Assembly: GCA_051313645.2 (NCBI GenBank)
Contig: JBNRSN020000022.1
Location: 43,710,001 to 43,774,000, forward strand
DNA from: Centroscyllium fabricii
Taxonomy: Eukaryota
Direction of reading: 5' to 3'
DNA: 64,000 nucleotides
The notes under the pieces were generated by a model. It saw only the letters and a program-made list of their open reading frames with translations, had not been told where the DNA came from and searched no databases. Every line of letters starts with the position of its first letter. The stretch's first letter is position 1. The position numbers and the translations under genes were made by a program. This document shows positions 1-12,502 of the stretch, in pieces.

Positions 1-8
1 TCGTAGAG
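1..8 (-). CDS. ARID3A: Start of the next ARID3A coding exon (L-Y-E..., beginning of the extended ARID domain), truncated by the window edge
   Basis: Minus strand reads TTGTGTTCTTTTACAG|CTCTACGA: pyrimidine tract, AG, then Leu-Tyr-(Glu), continuing EEQFKQ|LYELD in phase 0. Only 8 exonic bases are visible. Confidence 0.8.
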
Positions 9-589
9 CTGTAAAAGAACACAATATAATACTTAAAAATGGTAAATAGACAAGTTACCTCATGTTCGTGATCCAAGTCCTAGCGGGTTGAGTAAAGATA
101 GCCTCCAGCATGCATTTGGAAATTTAAAAACAACACACAATTATACTCATTGTTCTCAACCAGCAGCCTCTTGAAAGACTTGTCGGTGAGCAACAGAAAG
201 TAACATGCACATACACTGACTCAATTAAGAAAATGAAATTCTTCCACACATACCATGGATACTGATCTTTAGAAGCAATGATATTTACTTGGGTTGGTCA
301 GTAAAATAGAACCATAAAATTTACAAGTCAGAAAGTTAGTCCACCACTGTGCCTTATATTGGTGCTAGCTCAACTACAATTGTTCAATATAATCCATATT
401 TCACTGCCCTTTTCTCACATTTTATATTCTTCCTTTTCAAAGACTTATCCAATTCAATTTTAAAAGATGTTATAGTCTCTTCATCCATAGCCACTTGTGG
501 TAAAGCATTCTAATAACTCTCCGAAAATAATTTCTTCGAACTTCCCACTTCATCCTTCTAGTGATGACCCCGAATCTATGGCCTCCATT

Positions 590-1290
590 TTACCTTCCAC
601 CCACCTACAGGCAGGAAAGGGTTGGGTGAGGGGGTAAAATACTGAAAATGGCAATATTGTCCCCAACCCACTGCATTCCCGGCCGCCGCAATATTAATGG
701 CAGCGAATTAGGCCATCAATAAACCTTCCCCTGAAGACAGGCGGTACCTACAAAAGTCTAAGCCTATACGAAAATGTCACAGCCTGATGACGTCAGCGAC
801 ACCACAATGTAATTTTCACTTGATGGGAGTGGGAAGTCTGGCACTGTCTGTAGCCCAGCAGCAGAACTACAGCAGGAGGTGCTGACTGGCCAGAAGAGGC
901 CAAAGTAAGTCTGCAGGTATTACTTCTCTTAGAATACCTTGTGGGCCAGGAGGAGCATGACTGCTCCCACCTAGGCCCCGCAAAGAGTCCTTGGGCCTCC
1001 CCAGCTCTGGCCTCCTCCACAATCTCCAGGGAATCCCCAACCCCGGCCTTCTGATCAAGCAGGAACCCCCCCCCCCACCCTGACTGTCGGGGACCATTCC
1101 CCATTGCAGCCTCCTGTCACCGAATGTTACCTCCTGCCCATCAGCCAAGTAGTGAATCGCACCAGATCGGGCGGGACTCAGAGAACTTTTATTTAAATGA
1201 GTCCTTCGCTTCCCCGAGCTGTCCGGATGAACCACGGTGCAGACCCTTCCTGTGCCCCCCCGTATAAAAATCAAGGCTGATGCCTCCTTA
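590..1290. mobile_element. Degenerate non-autonomous DNA transposon-like fragment (possibly Harbinger-like)
   Basis: GC-rich block interrupting an old CR1 tail, ending ...AAAAATCAAGGC, similar to the termini of other elements in the window; left end unclear. Confidence 0.35.
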
Positions 1291-1360
1291 TTGCTCATTT
1301 GTTAACCAGTGAAAACAATCTTTCACTATTCATCCTCTCAAAACCTCTCAATTTTCAATA

Positions 1361-1891
1361 CAGGTTGTGCACCATTAATCCGCCACGGGCGGGACCAAGC
1401 CCGCGCCGGGAAACAGAAAAAACCGGGAGAACGAGGTTGGACACTGCGCATGCGCACCATTCAAAATGGCCGCGCGCATGCGCACAACATTGTGATTGGC
1501 TGGCGCGCGCATGCGCATATCGGGCACGGGTCCGCCTTCCCTCTCCATCGCCTTTCGGGTTGCCGCTGCCGCCGAGCCGGACTCAGGCTGACAGCTGTTG
1601 CCTAGTGACTGTCCGCCTCAGTCACGGGGCTCAGCTGTCGGGAAAATAACCGGCGGCCGTATTGAATTATCTGCGCATGCGCTAACCGTCCGGCGACGCA
1701 TGCGCAGATCATTCAAAACACCCGCAGCTGTTTTGAATGATCTGCGCATGCGCTGGGCACATGCGCAGATCATTCGCTGAATCCACGATGGCGGCAGCCA
1801 TCTTGCGCATGCGCAGTGCAGTCGGGGCAATTTGTGCCGGCAGACTGAAGCTGCCGGCTATTCGGGACACGGATTTTCGGTGCACAACCTG
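1361..1891. mobile_element. Tigger/pogo-like (Tc1/mariner superfamily) MITE
   Basis: TIRs CAGGTTGTGCACC / GGTGCACAACCTG, flanked by TA on both sides; interior rich in TGCGCATGCGC. Confidence 0.85.
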
Positions 1892-2220
1892 TACCTCTAC
1901 TTAGATACCTCCTTAACCTCTCTGTTTCAGTGAAAAAAGTCCCAACATTTGAGCTTTATAATTACAGTATACCCTGTAATCTCTCATTCTAGCTATCATT
2001 CAACTGATCTTCTGCTATCGTTTAGAAGGCTCAACATCCTTACAATGGGAGTGCCCAGAACTGCACATACTCCCAATCTACAAGCCTACTGTATAAATTC
2101 GACACCCTTCGATCTCTCTGTTCTTTCACTTCCTTTCAACAGTTCTTTTTCCTCAAAATGTACCAATTCACAGTTCCCTGTAATGAACTGCATCTGCCAA
2201 CTGACTTCTCACTCCGCTAC

Positions 2221-3998
2221 AAAAACAACATACTGCAGATGCTGGCAATCTGAAATAAAAACAAAACAAAAAAATGCTGGAAATACTCAGCCGGTCAGAC
2301 AGCATCTGTGGAGAGAGAAACAAAGTTATCATTTCAGGTGGATGACCATCATCAGAACTGGAAAAAGTTAGACATGTAACAGATTTCAAGCAAGTACAGA
2401 GGCAGGGAAAGAGGGGAGGGGAGGAAAGAACAAAAGGGAAGGTCAGTGATAGGGTGCAAGGCAAGGCAAGAGAGATTAAATGACAAAAAGGGATGGCAAT
2501 GGAACAAGAAACAAAAGCTGGGTCTAGAGGAGGTGTAAATGGGAATAGCAGAATCATCACCAACAGCTGCTGTCTGAAAAAAATGGGGGCAGTGGTTATG
2601 ATCTGAAATTGTTGAACTCAATGTTGAGTCCAGAAGGCTGTAAACTGCCTAATCGAAAGATGAGGTGCTGTTCCTCGAGCTTCACTGGAACAGTGTAGGA
2701 GGCAGAGGACAAAGAGGTCAGAGTGGGAGTGGAGAATTAAAATGACAAGCGACCAGAAGCTCAGGGTCATGCTTGCGGACTGAACGAGGTATTCCGCAAA
2801 GCAATCACCCAATCTGTATTTGGTCTCCCATGTAGAGGGGACCACATTGTGAGCGGTGAATACAGTATACTAAATTGTAAGTACAAGTAAATCACTGTTT
2901 CACCTGGAAGAAATGTTATGGGCCTTGGACCGGGGGGGGGGGGGAATGAAAGGGCAGGTATGCCATCTCCTGCGCTTGCACGTATAGGCGCAGTGCGAAG
3001 GGGAGGTGCTGATTGAAGAGTGAACCAGGGTGTCGTGAAGAAGGATTCCTTTAGAATGCTGACCGGGGAGGGGAAGATGTGTTTTGGTGGTGGCAGCATC
3101 ACACTGGAGGTGCTGGAAAAGGTAGAGGATGATCTGTTGACTGTGGAGATTGGTGGAGTGGAAGACGAGATCAAGGGGAACCCTATTGTGGTTCTGGGAG
3201 GGAGGGGGGAAGGGTTGAGAGCAGAAGTCCCGGAAATGGGACGGACATGGTCGAGTGCCCGGTCAACCACGGTGGAAGGGAATCCTTAGTGGAGGAAAAA
3301 GGAAGACATATTGGAATCACTGGTATGGAAGGTGGCATCGTCTGTACAGATGCAACAGAGATGGAGGAACTGGGAGAATGAAATAGATTTCTTACAGGAT
3401 GGAAGGAACTGTAGTCAAGGTAGCTGTGAGAGTCTGTGAACGTAGTGGCTACTGGTCAACAGCCTATCCCCAGAAATGGAGTTGGAGAAGTTGAGGAAGG
3501 GAAGAGGTGGACATGGACCATGTGAAAGTGAGGGAAGGGTGGAAATTGGGAGCAAAGTCGATTACATTTTCCAGTTCAGGGCGAGAGCAGGAAACGGCAC
3601 TGATACAGTCATCAATGTACCAGAAAAAGGTGTGAGGGAGGGGCCCCGAATAGGACTGGAACATAGAATGTTCCACATATCCCACAAAAAGGCAGGCATA
3701 GCTGGAACCATATGGGTTCCAACAGCAGCACCTTTTATTGAGAGGAAATGAGTGGAATCAAAGGAGAAGTTGTTCAATGTGAGAACAAGTTCAGCCAGGC
3801 GGAGGAGGGTGGGGGTGGATAGGGGCTGGTTGGGCCACCGTTCAAGAAAGAAGCGAAGGGCACTCAGGCCGTTCTGGTGGGGGATGGCGGTGTAGAGGGA
3901 TTGGACGTCCAGGGTGAAAGGGAGATGGTTAGGGCCAGGAAACTGGAAACTGTTAAAAGTGGCGGAGGGTGTCAGAAGAGTCGAGTATGTAGGTGGGA
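2221..3998 (-). mobile_element. Penelope-like retroelement, 5'-truncated and degenerate (RT, GIY-YIG remnant, 3' pLTR)
   Basis: ORF pieces FTLDVQSLYTAIPHQNG...LAELVLTLNNFSF...KGAAVGT, FWYIDDC, and ETKYRLGDCFAEYL (GIY-YIG-like); the 3' end has a decayed hammerhead core at ~2332-2355. Confidence 0.85.
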
Positions 3999-5639
3999 AG
4001 AGATCAAACCCCCTCATAATTTTGAATAACTCGGTGATTTCAACTTTCTTTGTTTTAATGCAAAAAGCCCCAATCTCTCTGGTGTCTCCTCATAACTAAA
4101 GCTGATCATCCCTGGTATCATCTTAGTAAATTTCTTCTGGTCTTGACATCCCCCCTAAAGTATGGCACCCAAAACTGGATACAGTATTCTAAATGTATCC
4201 TAATTAATAGTTTATATAGATTTAGCATTACCTATTTGCTTTTGTACTCTGTGCCCCTATTTATAAAATCCATCACCCTTCATGTTTGTTGCAGCTTTAT
4301 CAACTTGTCCTCCCACTTTTAAAGATGTGTATCTAAACCCCAAGTTTCCCATAACCTTCAAGTGTCTCTGCTACTCCACTCCTCTTAAGCTTTACCTTTT
4401 ATTGCACATGTCCTGCCAAAAGGCATCACCTCATATTTCTCCACATTGTTTCATCTAATATCTATCTGCCTAATCTACTAACTTGTATCTTCTCTTCAAA
4501 TCACTCAATGTCCTCTTCACAGTTAACCAAACTCACTATTTTTGGGACATGTGCAAATTATAATATTGTGCCTCCTAAACCCAACCAGATTATATTTTTA
4601 TATTATATACACACACACACACGTTAATCTCTTGTGGCATTGCTAACAGTACTTGAGGAGCAGGCCCAGATGAAAATCAGAGTCCCATATAAAAATGAAG
4701 GGGGAAAATAGAAGGGCACAAATGTAGGTATGATATTAAAAGTCACAAAAAACTGAAAAAATGGTTCCAAAAATTAAGAAGTTACAGAAGACAATCACAG
4801 GTGTTGATACTAAAATCTAAGCTGCTGGCAGATGGACAGAACAGTTACCACTCACTGGATTGAGGTCTGAATCATGACAGCATATACACAATATGGAATC
4901 CCTATTAAATATGTTGACAGCATTATGACAACAGGAAGTTAGGTTTTTGAGACAAGAAATGCACACATATATTTATTGTGAAGAGCTATGAACACTTCTG
5001 TTTACATCACTCGTCCAAAAAAAATCCACCCGTCTTGTCTAAAAAAATCCATTAATTACTACTCTGTTTCTGTCACATATATGCTGTCAGATTCTCGATC
5101 ACGTGCCTTAATTATATTAGAAATCTCCTATACAGTACCTCACCAAATGCCTTTTGAAAATCCATATATACAATATCCACTACATTTTCTTTATTAATAC
5201 ACTCCATTGTTTCCTCAAAGAACTCTTAAATTTGTCAGGCATAACTTGCCTTTTAAAAATCTGTGCTGTCTGTCTTTAATTAACCCATGTCTTTGACCAG
5301 TCAAAAGCAGTGAGAAAAGAAGTGTAATCCATGGAACCTATTACAATTTTAGCAACTGTGCAGTTTCTCTGCTGGGTGGAGAGGGGGAGGGGGAGAAGAG
5401 AGCCACAGTAATAGGTTCCATTGTTGATATGGAAATTTCAAATAAAAATCTTGGAACATTTACTTGATGTGAATTTGTTGCAAAAGCTTGGAAAGGGTAC
5501 TGATCATCACTTTTCAAAGCAGTAATTGACAAAACACTGCCATCAGTGTTTGGATCACAGATTTTGGATAAAAACATAAAAGTAAAATCGGTGAGCATTT
5601 TAACAGGTTACTCAAAAGTCCAGCAGTCAAGTTGAATTT

Positions 5640-7160
5640 GTAAATTTGCCGATGACACCAAACTTGGGGGTGTGGCAAACAGTGAGGATGATACCAATCG
5701 ACTGCAACAGGGCATAGAAAGGCAAACAGAATAGGCAGACAAGTGGCAGATGGAATTTCATACAGAGAAGTGTGAGGTGATGCATTTTGGCAGAAGGAAC
5801 AGGGAGAGGCAATATACACCTAATGGCACAGTTTCAAAGAGTGTGCAGGGACAGAGGGACCTGGGAGTTAATGTGCACAGGTCCCTGAAGGTGGCAGGAC
5901 ATATTGAGAGAGTGGTTAGCAAAGCATATGGGATCTTGGGCTTCATAAATAGAGGTATTGAGTACAAAAATAGAGAAGTTATGCTGAACCTTTATAAAGC
6001 GCTGGTTAGGCCACAACTGAAGTATTGCGTCCAGTTCTGGTCACCACACTTTAGAAATTCAATTCAATTTTGTTTGTCACATGTACTAAATACAACAAGT
6101 GTGATCTAGACAGTGAAATGCTTTTTTTCACGGTTCGAACGCACCGCGCAACAAAGAACACTAAGCTGCCCGACACGCCCGGAGCCCGTGAGACGGCAGC
6201 CACCTCACCAGCGCCATCAATCACAAGTCCCGTCCCGCACCGCTCCGACCTCTCCTGCACGCAAAGTTCTTAAGGTTCTTAAAGTCCTTTCTGCTGTTTC
6301 ACTCGCCGACCTTCTTCTGTTCTTTCACTCACTCCCCTGCATACTCTCGATAGACCTGGGCTCCGGGGGGGAAGCATTCGTAGGCCCTGGTCCCTTGCCT
6401 CATGGCTCCAGCTGAGTCTGCCGAGCTCCGGGAGCAGCGCCCGGAGGCCTGAGGCCTAGCCCTCGGCCCGGCGCCTTGCTGGCTCCCCGAGTCCTCCAGG
6501 TTCCCCGTCTCGCTCCCGACTGCCTTCCCTCATCCTACCGTCCACGCCGGGCTCCTCCCAGCGTTCCTCATGGACGGATGGCGGCCGATTTAACTTCGCT
6601 TCGTGGAGGAGGTCCCCTCCATGGCGGCCGATGCGGCCGGAACCGGAAACTCGAAAGGATGTGAAGGTACTTGAGAGGGTGCAGATGAGATTTACTAGAA
6701 TGGTTCTGGAGATGGCAGATCTTGGCTACAAGGACAGGTTGGAGAAGCTGGATTTGTTTTCATTAGACCAAAGGAGATTGAGGGGTGATTTGATAGAGGT
6801 GAACAAGATTATGATGGGTTAGGATAGGCTAGACAGAGAAAGGCTGTTCCCACTAGTTAATGGTACAAGGACTAGGGGTCACAGATTTAAGGTTTTGGGC
6901 AAGAGATACAGGGGGGGATGTGAGGAGAAACTTTTTTACGCAGCGAGTGGGGAGGACCTGGAACTTTCTGCCAACAGAAGTGGTGGAAGCGGAGACACAC
7001 AATGTTTTCAAGGGGAGACTGGATAGGCGCTTGAGGGAAGTAAACTTGCAGGGCTACAGGGATAGAGTGGGGGAATGGGACTGACTGGATTGCTCTGCAG
7101 AGAGTTGGTGCGGACCCGATGGACCGAATGGCCTCCTTCTTTGCCCTCATGACTATGCAT
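5640..7160 (+). mobile_element. CR1 LINE 3' fragment, interrupted at ~6055-6651
   Basis: [10 protein letters not shown]...MEFHTEKCEVMHFG...LYKALVRPQLKYCVQFWSPH | KDVKVLERVQ...RRLRGDLIE; CR1-type 3'UTR. Confidence 0.9.
6055..6651 (-). mobile_element. GC-rich non-autonomous retroposon with (TTGAA)n-type 3' tail (Rex/Babar/L2-like end)
   Basis: Cleanly splits the CR1 ORF; begins AATTCAATTCAATTTTGTTTGTCACATGTAC; related copy at ~21225-22220. Confidence 0.6.
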
Positions 7161-7669
7161 CTGCTGCAGACAAGGCCTTGTGGAATTCTTTATTGCATGA
7201 GCAATTTATTGCTGACAATTGTTTGAAGCCACCAATGCATATGTACTGCTGTATTCAGTGATAAGACACTATGAGCAAAATAGCTATTGCATTTCTCTCT
7301 TTGCTGTAAACTTTCCAACGCAGAATCTATGCTTTCAATGTTTGATTGTTTATGCATGGCTAATGCTAAAAAAAAAAAGCAGTATAACAGGACTGCAAAT
7401 GAAATCTCTCGTTTGCATCAATGGACTTAAACCTATCAAACTGAAGTAATATTTTCATCAATCACCTACTTGTTGGGAATTTGGATCCTTTTGAAAGACT
7501 GAGGGTGCAGTTAATGTTGTACACAATTCATGGAAACAAAGAAAATCTTTTCAGATCAAATTTATAAAAATCTGACAATTTTAAATTTAGTTTTCTGTCC
7601 CCTCCCCACTCCACATGCAAAGCGAGGTGCAGATAACCAAGTCTCTCTTCTGTCAATGCTTTGAATCTC

Positions 7670-9040
7670 AACAGTAAAGAAAGAACTTGCACTCACATAG
7701 CACTTTAGCATGTCCTCAGAACGTCCCAAAACAGTTCACAACCAATAAACTGTTTTAGAAGAGCAGGTACTGTTGTTATGTAGGCAAATGCAGCAGCCAA
7801 CTTTCCAACAGAAAAGTCTGGCAAACAGAAAAGTCCCACAAACAGTAAGCGAGATGAATATCTTGTGAATACATTTCTGGTGGCGTTAGTTGAAGGAGTA
7901 ACGTTGGCTAGGACACTAGGAGAAATTGCCTGCTCTTTGATTCAAACGAAGAGTTAGGATCTTGGTCTAGTATCTCAGCAGAAAGACAACATCTGGATTT
8001 TGCAGTAAAAATAACGGCAAGGCAATCAGTGCTCATCATTATTAAAGTGCAACTTGTGACAGTAACTTCCGGTGACTGCACATTCGCAGTTAAACGCGGA
8101 AATCAGGAAGTTTTTGTCGGAGTTGCCCTGCTCCCCCAGAAGCTTCGTTATACTGGTATTTTGCTGAGAGACTCGGCCTTGAAACACAGAACAGCATAAA
8201 GTTGCTGTACTTGCGTGCCATATTCCCTGCAATGTTTTTGGTCCTGCGTGGCCTCTTGAAGGGGCTGCGCAGCCATTCAAAATACAGCACATGCGCAGTT
8301 TTTACACTGAAATGCCAGCAAGCCAGCTGTGTGGAATCCTTGGAGCAGTGCGCGACTGCGCACCTTACAGGAAACACTGCTTATGTGATATATACTCACT
8401 AAACACGCCAGAAAAGTTAGGGACTGTCTATTCCAGTGTAAGTACTTTTTAATTTTTTTTTAAAAAAAACAGCATGGTAAGTATTAATTACTGCCAAACA
8501 ACCTCTCGGCACTGAAATGTGTGGAGTCTTATTCCTTCAGATTTTAATTATTGTTGGAGATGTACAAACATTTTTTTAATGTAATTTTGTTTACTTTTTC
8601 TTTCTCTTTTAATCCAATCTTACTTTTCCTCTCTATTTCATTTTCCATACATGACTTCACATTGAATATTCGAACTTATACTTCCTGGTTCAGACTCTGC
8701 GCTGCTCAATAACAATACTTCAACCTAATTGGAGGTACACAGTTGTTTGTTCACACAGGTCCAAGATCCCCTGTGGAGGGCGTTGTGCCAAAATGGCTTT
8801 CTAATCAGAGCAAGTTCAAGTGCAAAGTCCCATACAAAGTCTGTGGGAAAGTGCAAGTGTAATGAACGGCGCGCGCCACAGCGGACTGCAAAATCCGGCC
8901 CAACATCTCCAACAATGCAGCACTCCCTCAGTACTGCATTGAAGTGTCAGCTTAGATTATGTGCTCAAATCCTGGAAGGTGGCATAATCCCACAAGCTTC
9001 TGAGTCAGAGAAAAGAGTGCTACCAAATGAGTAAAGCTGA
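7670..9040 (-). mobile_element. Old Deu-domain SINE (SacSINE1/AmnSINE1-like), split by a DNA transposon at ~7992-8901
   Basis: GTTATGTAGGCAAATGCAGCAGCC...TTGGCTAGGACACTAGGAGAA...GCAGCACTCCCTCAGTACTGCA...GTGTCAGC resembles the Deu domain; tRNA-like head at ~8980-9035. Recognised by eye. Confidence 0.65.
7992..8901. mobile_element. Non-autonomous DNA transposon (Harbinger-like TIR)
   Basis: Termini CTGGATTTTGCAGT / ACTGCAAAATCCGGCCC; the host SINE resumes on both sides. Confidence 0.6.
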
Positions 9041-9109
9041 TGTTGGTAGGAAACATGTAACATGCTTTGGGTTGACTAACCCCTTCGATTTTCTTCCCAC
9101 TTTCTGTTC

Positions 9110-11935
9110 ATCTTCAGTTTGTGCCTCCCCATACAGCCCAGTATAAATCAGGAAATTTGAAGTGCATGTAACAAGGGTAACACAGTAATCAAGGGGGTCT
9201 TTAATTTTCATATCGGCTGGGCAAACCAAATTTGCAGTAAAGGTGCAGAGGATGAGTTCATGGAATGCATTCAAGATCATTTTCTAGATCAGTATGTCGA
9301 AGAACCAACTGGGGAACAAGTTATTTTAGATCTAGTATTGTGCATCGAGACAGGGTTAAGTAGCAACCTTTCAGTAAAGGAGCCTCTGTGAAAGAGTGAT
9401 CATAATATGATTGAATTGTATATTGAGTTGAGAGCGCAATTTAGTTAAGTGCGAAACTAGGGTCTTAAATTTGAACAAAGCAAACTACGTAGTTATGAGG
9501 GTCAAGGTGGCTAAGGTAGATTGGGAAACTAGATTAAAAGATATGACTGTACATAAGCAATGGCAAACATTTAAAAGAAACAATTCATAATTCACAATGA
9601 ATATAGATTCTCTTAAGCAATAAAAACCCAACGGGAAAATTGCTCCAGCCGTGGTTAACAAGAGAAGTTAAATATAGTGTTAAATTAAGGGAAGAGGTTT
9701 ATAATGTTGCAAAAAATAGTAAGCCTGAGGATTGGGAGGATTTTAGAATTTAGCAAAGAATGACCAAGAAATTGATAGAGAGAGCAAAGAGAATACGAGA
9801 GTAAACTAGCAAGAGACATAAAAACAGATTGTAAAAGCCTCTGTAGGTATGTGAAAGAAAGAGATTAGAGGAAGTAAACATGTGTCCCTTACAGGCAGAG
9901 ACAGGAGAAATTATAATGTGGAATAAGGAAATGGCAGAGACATTAAACAAATACTTCATATCTGTCTTCATGGAAGGCAACACAAAAAACAATCCGGAAA
10001 TAGTAGGAAAAAGAGAGTCTGGTGAGAATGAGGAACTTAAAGAAATTATTAGTAAAGTAATAGTTCTGGAGAAATTAAAAGGGACTAAAAGCTGACAAAT
10101 CCCCTGGACCTGATCGCCTACATCCTAGGGTTTTAAAAATGTTGGCTACATAGATAGTGAATGCATTGGTTTTGATCTTCTAGCATTCCCTAGATTTAGA
10201 ATGGTCCCTGTGAATTGAAGGGTAGCAAATGAAACCCAGCTATTCAAGAGAGGGAGAGAAAACAGGGAACTATAGACCAGTTAGCCTGATATCAGTGCTA
10301 GGATCTATTATTAGGGATGTGGTAACAGGGCACTTAGAAAATCATAATATAAGGTAGAGGCAACATGGATTCATGAAATGGAAATAGTGTTTTTAGGTTT
10401 GTAACTAGCAGGCTAGATAAAGGAGAATCAGTGGATGTAGTGTATCTGGATTTTCAAAAAGCATTCGATAAGGTGCCACACAAGCAGTTATTAAACAAAA
10501 TTAGGACTCATGGGATTTGGGGTAATATACTGTATTAGCATGGATTAATGATCAGTGAACGGACAGAAAACAGAGCACGAATAAACAAATAGGGCGGCAC
10601 GGTGGCTAGCACTGTTGTCTCACAGCACTGGAGACCCGGGTTCAAATCCAGCCTCGGGCACTATCTGTGTGGAGTTTGCACATTCTCCCCGTGTCTGCGT
10701 GGGTTTCCTCCCACAGTCCAAAGATGTGCGGGTTAGGTTGATTGGCCATGATAAATTGACCCTTAGTGTTAGGGGGATGGAATATGTGGGGTTACGGGGA
10801 TAGGGTGGGATATGTGTTGATGCAGGCTCGATAGTGATCGAGGGATATGGGGAGAGGGCAGGGGCGGGGTGCTGGGTTTGGATGATCAGCCATGATCTCA
10901 TTGAATGGCGGAGCAGGCTCGAAGGGCCGAATGGCCTACTCCTGCTCCTAGTTTCTATGTTTCTAAACAGGTCATTTTTGGGTTGGCAGGCTATAATTAG
11001 TGGGGTACAGCAAGAATCAGTGCTTGGGCCTCAGCTATTTACAATCTATATTAATGATTTAGATGAGGGACCCGAGTGTAATGTATCTAAGTTTGCTGAT
11101 GATATAAAGCTAGGTGGGAAAGTAAATTGTGAGGAGGATGCAAAGAGGCTGCAAAGGGATATAGACAGGTTAAGTGAGTGGGCAAGAACATGGCAGATGG
11201 AATATAGTGTGGAGAAATGTGAAGTTATTCACTTTGGTAGGAAAAATAGAAAAGCAGAATATTTTTTTTAAATGGAGAGATTGGGAAATGTTGGTGTTCA
11301 GAAGGACCTGGCTGTCCTTGTACACGAATCGCTGAAATCTAATATGCAGGTACAGCAAGTAATTAGGAAAGCGAATGGTCTTTATTACAAAAGGATTTGG
11401 GTATAAGAGTAAAGAAGACTTACTGCAATTATATAGAGCCTTGGTGAAACCATACCTGGAGTACTGTGTATAACAAAGGTTCACTAGACTGATTCCTGCA
11501 ATGGGGAGGATTGTTCTGTGAGAGAAGATTGAGTAGACTAGGCCTATATTCCCAAGAGTATAGAAGAATGAGAGGTGACCTCATTGAAACATAAAAATTC
11601 TTAAGGGGCTTGACAGGGTAGATGCTGGAAGCATGTTTCCCCTGGATGGGGAGTCTAGAACCAGGGGTCACAGTGTCAGAATAAGGGATTGGCCATTTAG
11701 GACTGAGATAAGGAGAAATTTCTTCACTCAAAAGGGTTGTGATTCTTTGGAATTCTCTAACCCAGAAGGCTGTGGATATTGAGTGGTTGAGTATATTCAA
11801 GACAGAGATTGATCGATTTTTGGATACTAAGGGAACCAAGGAACATGGGGATAGTGCGGGAAGGTGGAGTTGAGGTAGAAGATGAGCCTTGATCTTATTG
11901 AATGGCCTACTCCTGCTCCTTTTTCTTATGTTCTT
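9110..11935 (+). mobile_element. Degenerate CR1 LINE ORF2 (end of APE, RT, 3'UTR)
   Basis: [47 protein letters not shown], with many stops; SINE inserted at 10592. Confidence 0.9.
10592..10964 (+). mobile_element. HE1-like tRNA-derived V-SINE
   Basis: GGGCGGCACGGTGG head, B box GGGTTCAAATCC, V-domain TGTGGAGTTTGCACATTCTCCCCGTG, CR1-derived tail ending TTCTATGTTTCT. Confidence 0.9.
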
Positions 11936-12039
11936 CGGTACTCAGCATTTTGGGAACTAGAAGGGTAATCATGTCATATTACTATGCCATGCTTGCAATG
12001 GTGCACAATTGTGAGAAACTACCTGCCAATCCCAAGAAA

Positions 12040-12072
12040 AGTCTGACGAAAGGTCATCGACCTGAAACGTTG
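12040..12072 (+). ncRNA. Penelope-type minimal hammerhead core remnant (3' strand of stem I lost)
   Basis: CTGACGA-A-AGGTC-ATC-GACCT-GAAA-CGTT, then cut by another element. Confidence 0.5.
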
Positions 12073-12088
12073 GCCTGGATTTTCCGTG

Positions 12089-12502
12089 AAGTCACACAAC
12101 ACCAGGTTATAGTCCAACAGTTTTATTTTAAATCACAAGCTTTCGGAGCGTCTGCCCCTTCGTCAGGCAAAAGAGAAGCTGACTTAAAGAATGCACATAT
12201 GGAAGGGAGAGAGAAATCTGATCTCCCACATCTCACCTTAGCAGAGACAGACAGAGCACACAAAGGCGTATTAACATATTTTAACATATCAGTCTGTCTG
12301 TCTCTGCTAAGGTGAGATGTGGGAGATCAGATTTCTCTCTCCCTTCCATATGTGCATTCTTGAAGTCAGCTTCTCTTTCGCCTGACGAAGGGGCAGACGC
12401 TCCGAAAGCTTGTGATTTAAAATAAAACTGTTGGACTACAACCTGGTGTTGTTGACTTCTTGCATTTGTCCACCCCAGTCCAACACCGGCACCTCCACAT
12501 CA
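12089..12502. mobile_element. Non-autonomous Penelope-like element with inverted pseudo-LTR and 13-bp TSD
   Basis: TSD TGGATTTTCCGTG at 12076-12088 and 12503-12515; inverted arms ~12089-12254 and ~12293-12459; unpaired 3' extension to 12502. Confidence 0.85.
12378..12415 (+). ncRNA. Minimal type I hammerhead ribozyme (mirror copy on minus strand at ~12133-12170)
   Basis: UCGC-CUGACGA-A-GGGGC-AGAC-GCUCC-GAAA-GCUU-GUGA: intact core, stem II, palindromic AGCU stem III, and stem I UCGC/GUGA. Confidence 0.7.

Noticed and set aside
10592-10660. tRNA genes at A/B-box sequences (also ~17480-17547, 46791-46860, 50545-50615)
   Set aside because: They are SINE heads followed by V-domain and LINE-derived tails.
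11902-12315. 137-aa ORF sharing a peptide with 62891..63211 as a novel gene family
   Set aside because: The shared peptide is the antisense translation of the non-coding Penelope-like repeat.
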